Origin: an uncultured Bacillota bacterium
GTDB lineage: Bacteria > Sysuimicrobiota > Sysuimicrobiia > Sysuimicrobiales > Segetimicrobiaceae
Reading direction: 5' to 3'
DNA length: 64,000 bases
Assembly (NCBI GenBank): GCA_963804645.1
Contig: CAWDRG010000022.1
Span: 96,001 to 160,000, forward strand
A program made the translations under genes and the position numbers. Below, piece by piece: positions 31,691 to 41,197 of this stretch (its first letter is position 1; each line of letters starts with the position of its first letter). Below the pieces are notes generated by a model that was not told the origin of the DNA, searched no databases, and worked only from the letters and a program-made list of their open reading frames with translations.

Positions 31691-31838
31691 GATCGCACGC
31701 GTTGACGCAGGCCCCGTGCTACTCCTACGCGGATCCGGGCGTCCGCACTCCTCCACGTCTCTTATTGCAACGGTCGGCGTGCGGTTCAACGTGGGCGCGC
31801 GCACCATCGGCAAGCCGACACGGCCTAAATTCTGTCGA

Positions 31839-31866
31839 TGGCGGAGGTGGCGCGAATCTAACCTGG
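31839..31866 (-). repeat. Degenerate copy of the tmRNA 3' end (att-like), most distal
   Basis: TGGCGGAGGTGGCGCGAATCTAACCTGG, 22/28 identical to 55264-55291. Confidence 0.7.
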
Positions 31867-31965
31867 GGTCGGCGGCCCCTTCTTCCCGAGCTGCCGGTTT
31901 CGAGGACCGTCTGTCCCTACGATGGTACGCCGATTCGTCGCCCGCCCGTCGCAGCCGAGGCCTGT

Positions 31966-32361
31966 TCAGGGAAGAGCCCGTTTGACATCCGTATGGACAA
32001 AATCCTTGCCCTTGAACAATAGTGGCTCCCCCGTGGCCTTTGCCAGTGCATAAGCGAAGCAGTCGCCAAAGTTCAATTTCGCCGGGTGCCCGCTGCCTCG
32101 GCCAAAATCACGATAGGCGTCACGCGCGATCCGAGCCTGGGCCTCCGTAATCGGGGTAACGATAATCTGTGCCTCCTGCAACAACTCGTCGAAGCCCCGG
32201 CTGGCTACCGGATCCCGACCACCGTCGACGACCACCGCGGCCTCCACGAAACTTACCGCCGACAGGCGTCGGCTTTCCACCACTTGAATCGCTTCCGCAT
32301 ATAGAGCGGCATCGGGTTCGTCCCGAAGGATCGCCAGCAGCGCCGAGGTGTCAATGATCAT
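31966..32361 (-). CDS. vapC: VapC PIN-domain toxin
   Basis: [24 protein letters not shown] and LLFKGKDF motifs. Confidence 0.93.
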   Translation of the reverse strand: MIIDTSALLAILRDEPDAALYAEAIQVVESRRLSAVSFVEAAVVVDGGRDPVASRGFDELLQEAQIIVTPITEAQARIARDAYRDFGRGSGHPAKLNFGDCFAYALAKATGEPLLFKGKDFVHTDVKRALP

Positions 32362-32612
32362 CGCGGGAGGCCGTGCTCGTCATAAAGCAGTTCCGCGTGA
32401 TCGGCAGATCGATAGGGTTCCTTGAGGTGTTTGGCCGTCCGTTTGCCAATCGCCAGCAATCGGTCAGTAAGACTGTCTTGTTTCGCGCGTCGAACATGCT
32501 CCAGCCGCTCACGTATTGCCTCAGTCACAGCCGCGGTCATGCTCTCACCGGTAAGGGCGGCGAGTCTCTTGGCCAACCGGTGTGCCTCTTCGTTTTTGAT
32601 GTTGAGGCCCAT
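32358..32612 (-). CDS. vapB: VapB antitoxin (Rv0623-like)
   Basis: [27 protein letters not shown] and [13 protein letters not shown] overlap with vapC. Confidence 0.9.
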   Translation of the reverse strand: MGLNIKNEEAHRLAKRLAALTGESMTAAVTEAIRERLEHVRRAKQDSLTDRLLAIGKRTAKHLKEPYRSADHAELLYDEHGLPR

Positions 32613-32613
32613 A

Positions 32614-32650
32614 TTCTACCTCTTCTACCTTTCGTTTCTACCATTCTATC
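32614..32650 (-). promoter_or_regulatory. Probable autoregulatory operator (direct repeats)
   Basis: TTCTACC at 32614, 32623 and 32636, plus TTCTATC at 32644, directly upstream of vapB. Confidence 0.55.
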
Positions 32651-32811
32651 CAAGGACAACATGCAGGTCAAGCCGAAAGGTCGCGAGGATGCCCGGAGAG
32701 TGCCTGCCGGGCATAATGGCCATCCTTCTCCCGGGACCACGGCCGTCAATGGCCGCGCGGCGGGCCGTGGGCTTTACCCACACGATTGCCGGAAGACCCA
32801 CCTAATTAATT

Positions 32812-34271
32812 GCCTCTACCGGCTTTCGAGTGGGTACAGGTCCAGCCCTCCGCAGTGAAAGTAGATGGCCGTCTTGAAATTGTCGACGTTCCGGAAGCCG
32901 CGTGCGGTCTTCTTGACCCACTGGATCGTGGCGTTGACGGCCTCGAGCCCGGCATTCGTGATGCGGTGGCGATGGTAGGTCAGCACGTTCGGTAGGTGCC
33001 TGCGGATCAGCCACGCGACCTGCGCCATAGGCTTGAGCCGGCTGTGCGTGGCGCGCCAGAACCAGCGCGCGAAGAACGTCTCCGCGGACCGGCGGTAACT
33101 GTACTCCCAGAAATGTCGGAAGCGCTCCTTGAGTGCCCAGGCGCGTCCCACTTTCAGGTCATCGCCGAGCAAGAGCCGGAAGGTGCGCCGCTGTTCGGGC
33201 TTGAGCTCGCTCGGCCGGCGTAGCCAAAGGTATTTCGTCCCCGTCAACCGACGATCGGAGGAGCGGGACAACTCCCGGGGTTCGGTCCGCCGCACCTTGT
33301 CCACGGCCGTGTGGAGATGCTTCACGACATGGAACTTATCAAACACAATCTTGTCCACCCCGTCGGGCACGTGACTGGTGACCGAGTGTATGTAGGGCTC
33401 CCACATGTCCATCGCGACGGCGGCGATGCTCTCGCGCTGGGCCGGCGTGCAGGTGGGCCAGAAGGCGTCGAGGCTTTCCGCTTTGCGATCCTCGTTGACG
33501 AACAGCACCCGGTGGCGTTGCAGGTCCGCCACCACGGTCAAGTACCGGTGGCCTTTGGTGATTGCCTTCTCGTCCACGCCGACGTACGGGATCGGTTCCG
33601 CTGTCCGGCGCGCCAGCCCGCGCTTCACCGCCCGGCTCTTAATCCCCCACGCTTCATCCCAGGTGATCCGGAGTAGGGCCGCCGCGCCGGTGACCGAGCA
33701 TTCCCGCAGAAAGTCGATCGCCAACCGCTCAAACAACTGCGTGAACTGGCTGCCCGGCTCGGCCCACGGGATGGTGATCTGCTTGATCCCGTGCTGAGCG
33801 CACTGCACCCGCGGGACATCGGCTTCAATCCACGTGCGCAGCTGGAGCGTGTCCAGATGCCGCCACCGCCGCGGACGGCGATCATAGCCCGGCGACGGCG
33901 TCTGACATTCCGGACACGGAAACGGGCCCGGGCCCGCCTCGACTTTCACCGTCACTTGCTCGCCGGGGATATCCACCTCCACCCCGACCACCTTCCACGG
34001 TGGCGTGAGCCCCAGGATCGTAGCGTATAACTCGACATCGCGCACCAGACCAGCCTCCTCACGAAGCGTTCCCGCCCCGCGGGTCAGATTGCGCCTGCCG
34101 ACCATAGTGGCAGGGGTGCACCCGCCCCCGACGGCGGTCAAGAAGCGCGCAGCGCGCCGAAGGCCATGTTCTTGACGGCCGGCGGGGGTAGGTGTCTGGC
34201 TTTGAGCTGGTCGGCAGGCGTTGGTTTCTACTGGTCTACGCTATTTCACCCACACAACTTCCCGAAGAGCC
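32812..34271 (-). mobile_element. ISL3 family insertion sequence
   Basis: 8-bp TSD AATTAATT (32804-32811 and 34272-34279); imperfect terminal IRs G(C/G)CTCT...GTGGGT, 16/24 matching. Confidence 0.9.
32816..34045 (-). CDS. ISL3 transposase
   Basis: CPEC zinc finger, RWRHLD, GVDE, AMDMW.PY, FDKFHV and TNAGLEAVN motifs. Confidence 0.95.
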   Translation of the reverse strand: MRDVELYATILGLTPPWKVVGVEVDIPGEQVTVKVEAGPGPFPCPECQTPSPGYDRRPRRWRHLDTLQLRTWIEADVPRVQCAQHGIKQITIPWAEPGSQFTQLFERLAIDFLRECSVTGAAALLRITWDEAWGIKSRAVKRGLARRTAEPIPYVGVDEKAITKGHRYLTVVADLQRHRVLFVNEDRKAESLDAFWPTCTPAQRESIAAVAMDMWEPYIHSVTSHVPDGVDKIVFDKFHVVKHLHTAVDKVRRTEPRELSRSSDRRLTGTKYLWLRRPSELKPEQRRTFRLLLGDDLKVGRAWALKERFRHFWEYSYRRSAETFFARWFWRATHSRLKPMAQVAWLIRRHLPNVLTYHRHRITNAGLEAVNATIQWVKKTARGFRNVDNFKTAIYFHCGGLDLYPLESR

Positions 34272-34312
34272 AATTAATTAGGTCGTGTTTCTGTTGTTTG
34301 ATGGGTCCCAAT

Positions 34313-35023
34313 CTACGTCTTGGGCACCACGAGCGGTGTAACGAACGCTTCCCGGACCCAGACGTTCGGCCCGGTGGCCAGAACGGACCGGACCACCTGG
34401 GCGACATCATCGGGACGGAGCGCCCAGTCACGGCGCGCCATGTTGTCCGAGAACTCCGTCCGGACCGACCCGGGTTCAACTACGCTTACCTTCACGCCGC
34501 TCTGTCGGACCTCCAGACCCACCGCCTCAGTGAACCCAATCACGCCAAACTTCGAGGCTGAGTAGGCGGCGCTTTCCGCCATTCCCAGGCGGCCCGCTCC
34601 CGAGGCGATGTTGATAATGTGCCCGTGACGCTGCGCGATCATCACCGGCAACGCGGCCCTGGTAAAAAGAAACACCCCGGTCAGGTTGACGTTCATCAGA
34701 CGCCGCCACGCATCGACCGGCATGGTATGGGTCGGTCCATGCCATCCGATCCCCGCGTTGTTAACCACGGCATCTAGCCGGCCTCCCCACTCTTGCGCGT
34801 GGGCGACCGCCGCCGCAGCGGTCGCCTCATCGGCCACGTCGCCGGCAACCCCCGCCGCCCGGTTCTCGCCGATTTCCTGGGCGACCCGGGCGAGATCGGT
34901 CTCCGTCCGCGAGACCAGGATGATCCGGGCTCCCGCAGACGCGAGTTCTATGCTCACCGCGCGCCCGATGCCTCGTCCCGCGCCGGTCACGATGATAACC
35001 TGATCAAGAAGCTCCTGACCCAT
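34313..35023 (-). CDS. Short-chain dehydrogenase/reductase
   Basis: TGAGRGIG, NNAG and YSASK motifs. Confidence 0.93.
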   Translation of the reverse strand: MGQELLDQVIIVTGAGRGIGRAVSIELASAGARIILVSRTETDLARVAQEIGENRAAGVAGDVADEATAAAAVAHAQEWGGRLDAVVNNAGIGWHGPTHTMPVDAWRRLMNVNLTGVFLFTRAALPVMIAQRHGHIINIASGAGRLGMAESAAYSASKFGVIGFTEAVGLEVRQSGVKVSVVEPGSVRTEFSDNMARRDWALRPDDVAQVVRSVLATGPNVWVREAFVTPLVVPKT

Positions 35024-35604
35024 CTCCGCACCTCCCGCCGCGCTCATGCGATATATGGTTCAACCTGCTGTGTCGAGGATCGTACCAGCATGCGCTGTAG
35101 CAACAACTCCCAGCAACAACCGGGCCACCAAGCATATTGCAACGCGTCTCATCATCGTTGATCACGTCTGGAATACGGCCTAGGAACTAAGTTTCGGCTC
35201 TACCGGGTTTCCCGTGGGTAAAAGTCGGCCGCTTCCTAATGGATGGAGGATCGCTCTCAGAAGCATTCGGCCTGCCGGTCATATTAGCCCTTTCCCGAGA
35301 CCAAGGCCGTCAACGGCTGCGCAGCGGGCCACAGGCTTTGCCGTTAAACGCCGCGGAAGCGGAAGAGTTGCTTTGCAAATGACCGGCAGGCGTCTTGTTT
35401 TCGTACCCATGTTCGCCTTTGCCCACACGATTGCCGGACGATCCGAAAAGGAAAGGGAGTCGCGGGTGGCAAGAGGTGCGCTGCCATGCGTAGTGTTTCT
35501 CAAAGCTTCGAGGCGAACCGGAAAGCATGTGTGATGTGATGATGCCCCACGGTGCCAAAAATCGTGCAAACGAGTGAACAACCTTGCAGATAAAACCTGA
35601 GGCG

Positions 35605-35740
35605 TGGTGGACCCGATCTCAAAGAATTCGAACCGTTGCGGAAGTCCCCATCCAGTGGCCCTGCTCGACACCGGTGCAGTACCAGTGTACCAGCAAATCG
35701 CCCCGACGGCGCTTCATCTGCGGCAACTTGGCCTCGCGCG
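35605..35740 (+). pseudogene. Putative detached C-terminal tail of a recombinase, frameshifted near 35655
   Basis: WWTRSQRIRTVAEVPIQ then VALLDTGAVPVYQQIAPTALHLRQLGL; in frame with GSNSLRWW at 39538 once the element ends are joined. Confidence 0.5.
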
Positions 35741-35939
35741 CGCAACTGAGCCCTACCCCTGCCTCGACAGTCGGTCTCGCCGGGTGTGCCACAGTGCGCT
35801 GAAGGACGTCACGTACGAGCGAAGGAGAGAAGAGGCGGTTACGAAGTAGGTCGACGATCGCCCGTTCCATGAACGCCCGACGCACCACCGACCCTCATTC
35901 GTCTTCAGCCCGTCCCCGAAATGGAATGCCGCCGGGCAG

Positions 35940-37442
35940 TTAGCACGAACGGGTATCCGGAGGTACCCGTCCCTGCGCGTTCTGCGCACCTCGCAGACAG
36001 CTCATTAGTGAGTCAAGCGTGCGGAGATGTTCGAGGTCATGAAGCACCAGCCCTATGAGCTGCGTCCGACCCTCCGCAGACAAGCGCCCACTGGTCATTT
36101 CTGTAAACTTGGCGATGAGGTCACCGTCCGTGAACTTCGCGTCGGGAGGGCCCCACATGTCGCCGTATGCAAAGTCCGTCCGGAGCACAAAGCTTCGCTG
36201 CCGGCTTCGAAGCTCGATTTCACATGGCGCCTTTTTGAATACATCCGCAATCGAGGACCCCGTCCACGGACGATAGTGCACTTCCGTCCCAGGTGGATTT
36301 CCTTCTACCCGAACCTTGGCCATCAAACGCTGAATTTCCGGGTCTCGACTCAGTGACAGGTCCACCCACTTGGGGCCTGGAATAATGCCTCTAAGTGCCA
36401 GCGCAACGGCAAATACCCCGCTCATATGGACGGCTTCTTGCGTGTCGGGCGGACCACCCTCGTTCGGGCGGTCCAGTCCGGCAGGCCCGGAAAACCGCAG
36501 CACAATCTCATCGATTTGCGTCACAGAGAGGTGTTCGGCATTTCGGAGCCTGGACAACAGCCACAGGTGTGGTCGATACAGATTGCATACCGGCTCTGGT
36601 TTATACGAGAGCCAGCGCATGCACTCCCACGTGTGCCCGAGATCTTCTAGCAGATACTTGGGTTCAAATCGGTGGGTATTCCACAGCGCCGGTAACCCAT
36701 TGGGATCGTCCAATACGCTTGTATCTCCCGTATACCCGCGGGCCGCGAGGAACGCCGCCGATACGCCGACCTGAGCTGTCCATCCCATTGGAGAATACTT
36801 GACCATGGAAAACGGACGAGTGCGTAACCATTTAAGCAGACTGGGGCCGGGGCTAAGGTATGTTGCCAGTCCCACCGCCTGTGTCATGCGTCCTACGTCA
36901 AGTCGCAACAATCTTCCAACCCCAACGGCCACGCCGAGCGCCCCATATCCATACCCAAACACTGGCCCGATCGCATACCGCGTCTTCAACCCGTCATGTC
37001 CCTCAAGCAAGGGGGCCATCGCCATCGTGAGACGCGCCGCGATCTCGTAACCGATCAAGACAGCCTCGACCACGGATCGACCACTGGCCTTGACGTACTC
37101 CCCCGCCGCGAGAATGCCTGCGAGCACGCTTGGAACATGGTGTGCAACGTTCAAAAATACGGCGTCTCCGTCTAGCGCGTTGGCAAGTTCCGCATTGGCA
37201 AACGCTGCGCGGTCGACAGCGGTTTGAGACGTCATCCCAACCACGGTCGCCTGCGGGGCTCCGGACATATCCTCTACGAATCCTGCAGCCAACCGCCCCT
37301 TTTCCGTCGCCCACCCACCGACCATGCACCCCAGGGTATCGAGAATGAGTCGTTTGACCTCGTAAACCAAGGCGTCCGATAGTCCAAGTTCCTGCTCAAG
37401 TGATCTGGCAGCAATCGTCTGTATTAGGTTCACCATATGCAC
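35940..37442 (-). CDS. MmgE/PrpD family protein
   Basis: LILDTLGC, AAFANAELANALD.D, GYEIAARL, LAARGYTG and YKPEP.C motifs. Confidence 0.9.
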   Translation of the reverse strand: MHMVNLIQTIAARSLEQELGLSDALVYEVKRLILDTLGCMVGGWATEKGRLAAGFVEDMSGAPQATVVGMTSQTAVDRAAFANAELANALDGDAVFLNVAHHVPSVLAGILAAGEYVKASGRSVVEAVLIGYEIAARLTMAMAPLLEGHDGLKTRYAIGPVFGYGYGALGVAVGVGRLLRLDVGRMTQAVGLATYLSPGPSLLKWLRTRPFSMVKYSPMGWTAQVGVSAAFLAARGYTGDTSVLDDPNGLPALWNTHRFEPKYLLEDLGHTWECMRWLSYKPEPVCNLYRPHLWLLSRLRNAEHLSVTQIDEIVLRFSGPAGLDRPNEGGPPDTQEAVHMSGVFAVALALRGIIPGPKWVDLSLSRDPEIQRLMAKVRVEGNPPGTEVHYRPWTGSSIADVFKKAPCEIELRSRQRSFVLRTDFAYGDMWGPPDAKFTDGDLIAKFTEMTSGRLSAEGRTQLIGLVLHDLEHLRTLDSLMSCLRGAQNAQGRVPPDTRSC

Positions 37443-37501
37443 ACCTCGTGGTTCGATAAGCCCGGCGTCACGGGCTCCGACGATAGAGTGCAGATCTTAG
37501 C

Positions 37502-37615
37502 TTATCGCGCACGCGGATCAAGGGAGTCACGAAGTGCGTCCCCGAACGAGGCGACCACGACAACTATCAGGGGTAGAAAGATTCCCGGCATCGTCGAAAT
37601 CCACCGTACGCTATC
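37502..37615 (-). pseudogene. C-terminal fragment of a DppC/OppC-type ABC permease
   Basis: WISTMPGIF...FGDALRDSLDPR with no upstream remainder. Confidence 0.7.
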
Positions 37616-37893
37616 CAAGGAGTTGCGGCCCTGACTAATTGTGACTCCCAGTGAAGGGGTCGATGAAGCGGATTTGCGGGGATGAGCTCGTAGTCGACCG
37701 CGGCGGACGATCAGAAAGGCGACCAGGTTCAGGATCGTCTGCTCGGATAGGATTGGCCGGTCGAGATTCGGATTCTCCCACGTAGTAGACAGCGACGCGA
37801 ACATGCTGCAATGCGCTTGTCCTCCCGGCTGGTCACGGTGCGTCCTCGTCTCGCGGCTAACTCGTCCGCACCTCCACGCTCGTCGACCGGGTT

Positions 37894-38781
37894 CTATGCT
37901 CGCTCTGCGCTCGGGGTACCGGTCCGAGGCCGGCGGACCAGAGCGCCGCCCGCAGGCCACAGCGCGTCGCGCAGTTCGGGGCGCTGCCATTGGGTCAGCA
38001 CCCCAGCCTTGGCGCCATTGCGCCGCTGCGAGTCCACCCGGTCATCCTGGGCGCGCAGGTCGCGGATGCGGTCCAGGCCAATCTCTACGAGAAACAGGCC
38101 CGGCTGCGTGGTCTCAAAGATAATCTCCTCGGGGGCGGCGACCATTGCCAGTCCCCGTTGCTCCCGTCCAAAAAGGTTCTGGGTCGTTGCCACGATGGCC
38201 AGGTTTTCGATTGCGCGCGCCCAGATGAGACAGCGCCACGAGGCCCACAGCTGCTGCTTATCGGTCCCCGCCGGTAGGAAAATCATTTCAGCGCCCCGCA
38301 GCGCCAAGGCGCGGCTGACTTCCGGCATATACACCTCGCTGCACATGGCGAGGCCGATCGTCCCGTACTCGGTATCGAACACCGGGAATTCGTCCGCGGC
38401 GACGTAGTCGAAATCCCAATCGGTCCCGCCACGGTAGATCCAGGGTCCGGGCGGATAGGTCCGCCGGTATCGCCCCGGCGACCCGCCGGTCGGGCGCGCC
38501 AACAAGAGCACGTTGTACGCCCGTCGCGTGCCGTCGTTAAACGGCTCGAGCGTTCCGAACACGACATACACGCCGTAGCGCGCGGCGGCCTCTGTCATCT
38601 GCGGTATCGGATCAAACAGCGTCGGCACCCGCCACGGCCCGGGGTAGGTCTCCGGAAACAAGACAACCTGGGCGCCCTGTTGCGCCGCTGTCTCGATGTG
38701 CCGCACAGCGGCCGCCACGTTGCGTTCGTCGTTCGGTGGCCGGTGCGCTAGTGGCTGTACTATCGCAAGCGTGCAATTCAT
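37894..38781 (-). CDS. Carbon-nitrogen hydrolase family protein
   Basis: LFPETYPG, YRRT (Arg at the usual Lys position), MCSEVYMPE and ARAIEN motifs. Confidence 0.85.
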   Translation of the reverse strand: MNCTLAIVQPLAHRPPNDERNVAAAVRHIETAAQQGAQVVLFPETYPGPWRVPTLFDPIPQMTEAAARYGVYVVFGTLEPFNDGTRRAYNVLLLARPTGGSPGRYRRTYPPGPWIYRGGTDWDFDYVAADEFPVFDTEYGTIGLAMCSEVYMPEVSRALALRGAEMIFLPAGTDKQQLWASWRCLIWARAIENLAIVATTQNLFGREQRGLAMVAAPEEIIFETTQPGLFLVEIGLDRIRDLRAQDDRVDSQRRNGAKAGVLTQWQRPELRDALWPAGGALVRRPRTGTPSAERA

Positions 38782-39555
38782 CCCGTCACTCCACGCAAAG
38801 CAGCTTGGCTACCCAACGCCTTGGCTTCTGTATCTGGGCCGAGCCTGGGGTTCCGGACGAACGTCAGCGGCACCCCCATGTTCCCGCAGTCGATTCCGCA
38901 CCACGCACTGAGTGGTGATGGTCGCGGTCCGCGTACCGGTCGGGGTCGTTGACAGCTCCCCGTGCGGGAGACGCGTCTGGGCCACGGAACGCCGCCCCCA
39001 GCGGTCGTAGGGCACGGGTTCGTCCTGGGGGTGGGGATTCCTCCCGGCCGGACGCCTTCCGTCAGTACGCCGCCTCCAGGGCCCGTGTGGCGGCTCTGGA
39101 GTTCCGCTTGATCGCGCGGACCCACTCGTAGATCGCGTTGCGGAATCTCCACCGAGGCTCATGGAGCTCCATGTCCACCGCCAACCCATGCGTTCGGCGT
39201 CGCGGTCTGCATGGCGGCGCGCTGGATGCTCTGCAGCCCGTATCAAGAAGCGAGGATGGCCGAATGACCGGCGCGGGCATGGACAGAAGTGAAGCGCCAG
39301 TGCTGCCAGTCCGCTGACGCGTTGCGCATGTCCCCGGGGATGGGATCCAGCGCGGAAGCCACCTCCCCAACGCACGGTCATCCCAAGAACCGTGGAAGGC
39401 ACCGGTCGAGGTCTGAGCACGCCGGTTCTATCATGAACCCGTGGGAATGCCGGCCGACACGCTTTCACAGGTCGCGTTGTCCGTCAATATCCTGACGCCC
39501 ATTGGGCACGCCGGGCCAAGACGAAGTGCGGGGAGGCGGTTCGAATTCTTTGCGC

Positions 39556-39583
39556 TGGTGGAGGCGGCGGGAATCGAACCCGC
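39556..39583 (-). repeat. Copy of the tmRNA 3' end (att)
   Basis: 28/28 identical to 55264-55291. Confidence 0.95.
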
Positions 39584-39589
39584 GGCCAG

Positions 39590-39626
39590 TTGACATCATG
39601 ATGCCGATCACGATAGCATCATGATG
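39590..39626 (+). promoter_or_regulatory. Sigma70-type promoter with two palindromic operators; probably leaderless
   Basis: TTGACA (39590)-N18-TAGCAT (39614); CATCATGATG at 39594 and 39617; GTG start at 39626 without an RBS. Confidence 0.7.
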
Positions 39627-39871
39627 TGCGAACGACACTTACGCTAGACGATGACGTTGCGGTCAGGGTCAAGGCCGAGGCCCGAAAGTCAGGCCGTTCT
39701 TTCAAGGAGGTCGTGAACAGTCTCCTCCGTCTCGGGCTGACAAAGAAGCATGAGAGCGGCACGATCGACCGTTTCGTCGTGCGAACCCGGCCACTCGGCC
39801 GCAGACCGGGACTCAACTACGACAAGATCAGTGAACTGATCGAGCATGTCGAAGGACCTCTCCATCGATGA
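39626..39871 (+). CDS. vapB: RHH antitoxin (VapB-like)
   Basis: MRTTLTLDDDV...GRSFKEVVN.LLR.GL. Confidence 0.88.
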   Translation: MRTTLTLDDDVAVRVKAEARKSGRSFKEVVNSLLRLGLTKKHESGTIDRFVVRTRPLGRRPGLNYDKISELIEHVEGPLHR

Positions 39872-40299
39872 TTCTGATCGATGCCAACGTCCTCTTGTAC
39901 GCGTATAACCCGTCTGCGCAACAACACGGACGCGCGCGGGACTGGCTGCAGGACACGCTGAGCAAGCCTGAGCCTACGGGCCTCGCCTGGATCACGATCC
40001 TGGCGTTCCTTCGGTTGACAACAAACCCGCGAGTTTTTGAGACCCCGTTCCTTCCAGAGGAAGCTATTCCACTCGTTTCATCGTGGCTTGCGAGAACGAA
40101 CGTCATCGTATTGCAGCCAGGTGAGCATCACTGGCAGATTTTTGCCAATCTCCTCACGGCTACGCGCGCGCGCGGCGCGCTCGTGATGGATGCGCATCTC
40201 GCCGCACTTGCAATAGAGCACGGCGCCAGCCTCGGAACGACAGACAACGATTTTGCGCGGTTTCCAGGTCTTCGTGTGATCAACCCGCTAGAAGAGTAG
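39868..40299 (+). CDS. vapC: VapC PIN toxin (mycobacterial type)
   Basis: MILIDANVLLYA, FLRLTTNPR, DAHLAALAIEHG and D.DFARFPGL motifs. Confidence 0.93.
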   Translation: MILIDANVLLYAYNPSAQQHGRARDWLQDTLSKPEPTGLAWITILAFLRLTTNPRVFETPFLPEEAIPLVSSWLARTNVIVLQPGEHHWQIFANLLTATRARGALVMDAHLAALAIEHGASLGTTDNDFARFPGLRVINPLEE

Positions 40300-40332
40300 C
40301 CCGTCCGCGGTAGGATGGTAAACTTGACTTCT

Positions 40333-40360
40333 TGGTGGAGGCGGCGGGAATCGAACCCGC
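40333..40360 (-). repeat. Copy of the tmRNA 3' end (att)
   Basis: 28/28 identical to 55264-55291. Confidence 0.95.
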
Positions 40361-40441
40361 CGTCTTTCTGGACCGCCGTATCCGAGGCGTTTTCAGGAGA
40401 GAGCCGGTTTGCCGCACACGATGAGCAGTCGCGCGCACCGA

Positions 40442-40981
40442 TCATACGCCCGGCGCCTTGTCTTTGGGGAACTCCTCGCGGCGCCAGACGAACCCGAGGT
40501 AGTCCAAGTTCTGTGCTTCGACGCCAAGTTGTCGCAACATCGCCATCACCTGCGCGCGGTGGTGCGTTTCGTGTAGGAGCATCTGAGTCGCGAGGTCAGC
40601 CTTGGTCATGGTCCACACGATGACCATGTCGCCTTCCTCGATGCGGCGAGTCACGGTCCGGGTCCAGTCAGAGATTCCAGCCAGCGTCGCCCGTGTTTCT
40701 CTAGCCTGCGTCGTCCAAAATCTCTCGAGATCGGCAAACGTCGGCAAATTCGTCTCACTAACGGGGAAGGTTGCGGGCAGCGGCGGAGCCGGCACCGGTT
40801 CTTCGCGCAACCGCTTTCCGTAGACCAGTTCTGCCCTGACGATCTCAAGCAACGTGGCGCGTAGCGTGCCGAGCCCGAACGGAAACCGCTGCGTATACTG
40901 CGCCTGGCTAAGTGGGCGGACCCAATTGAAGAGCCGTTGGCGGGCTTGCGTCAACACGTCGTACACACGAGGGTATTCCAC
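40442..40981 (-). CDS. DinB/YfiT family protein
   Basis: GTLRATL and HETHHRAQVMAMLRQLG motifs; GGAGG RBS before GTG. Confidence 0.85.
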   Translation of the reverse strand: MEYPRVYDVLTQARQRLFNWVRPLSQAQYTQRFPFGLGTLRATLLEIVRAELVYGKRLREEPVPAPPLPATFPVSETNLPTFADLERFWTTQARETRATLAGISDWTRTVTRRIEEGDMVIVWTMTKADLATQMLLHETHHRAQVMAMLRQLGVEAQNLDYLGFVWRREEFPKDKAPGV

Positions 40982-41197
40982 GGCGTCACCTCCGTAGCCC
41001 GATACTTCTTTCACCTGCGCGGCCTCGGAAACCTATGACGCCCCTGCGTTTGAGACGTCCCACAAGGGCGAGAGCGCGCTTGCGATTCATTCCTTTTAGC
41101 AACATGCGCGCCGCGTCGGGATCGTACCAAGGATAACGCCCCCATTCTTCGAACAAACGAACCACGATTCGTTCGACATCCGCGAGGAGAACAGAGC

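Larger units (their letters stand above)
35605..39562. mobile_element. Degenerate serine-recombinase-type element integrated at a tmRNA 3' end; recombinase gene largely deleted
   Basis: Both ends share the core TGGTGGA (35605, 39556). Inner arms CAAAGAATTCGAACC (35620-35634) and GGTTCGAATTCTTTG (39538-39552) are perfect inverted repeats. Confidence 0.7.

Noticed and set aside
35619..35888. Minus-strand ORF (MERAIVDLLRNRLFSP...) as a serine recombinase fragment
   Set aside because: Only a vague resemblance to an LSR coiled-coil start, and it overlaps the better-supported plus-strand remnant.
38780..39530. Short ORFs between the nitrilase gene and the att arm as the missing recombinase
   Set aside because: No catalytic or recombinase-domain motifs; the SNSLR frame is closed by TGA at 39493.
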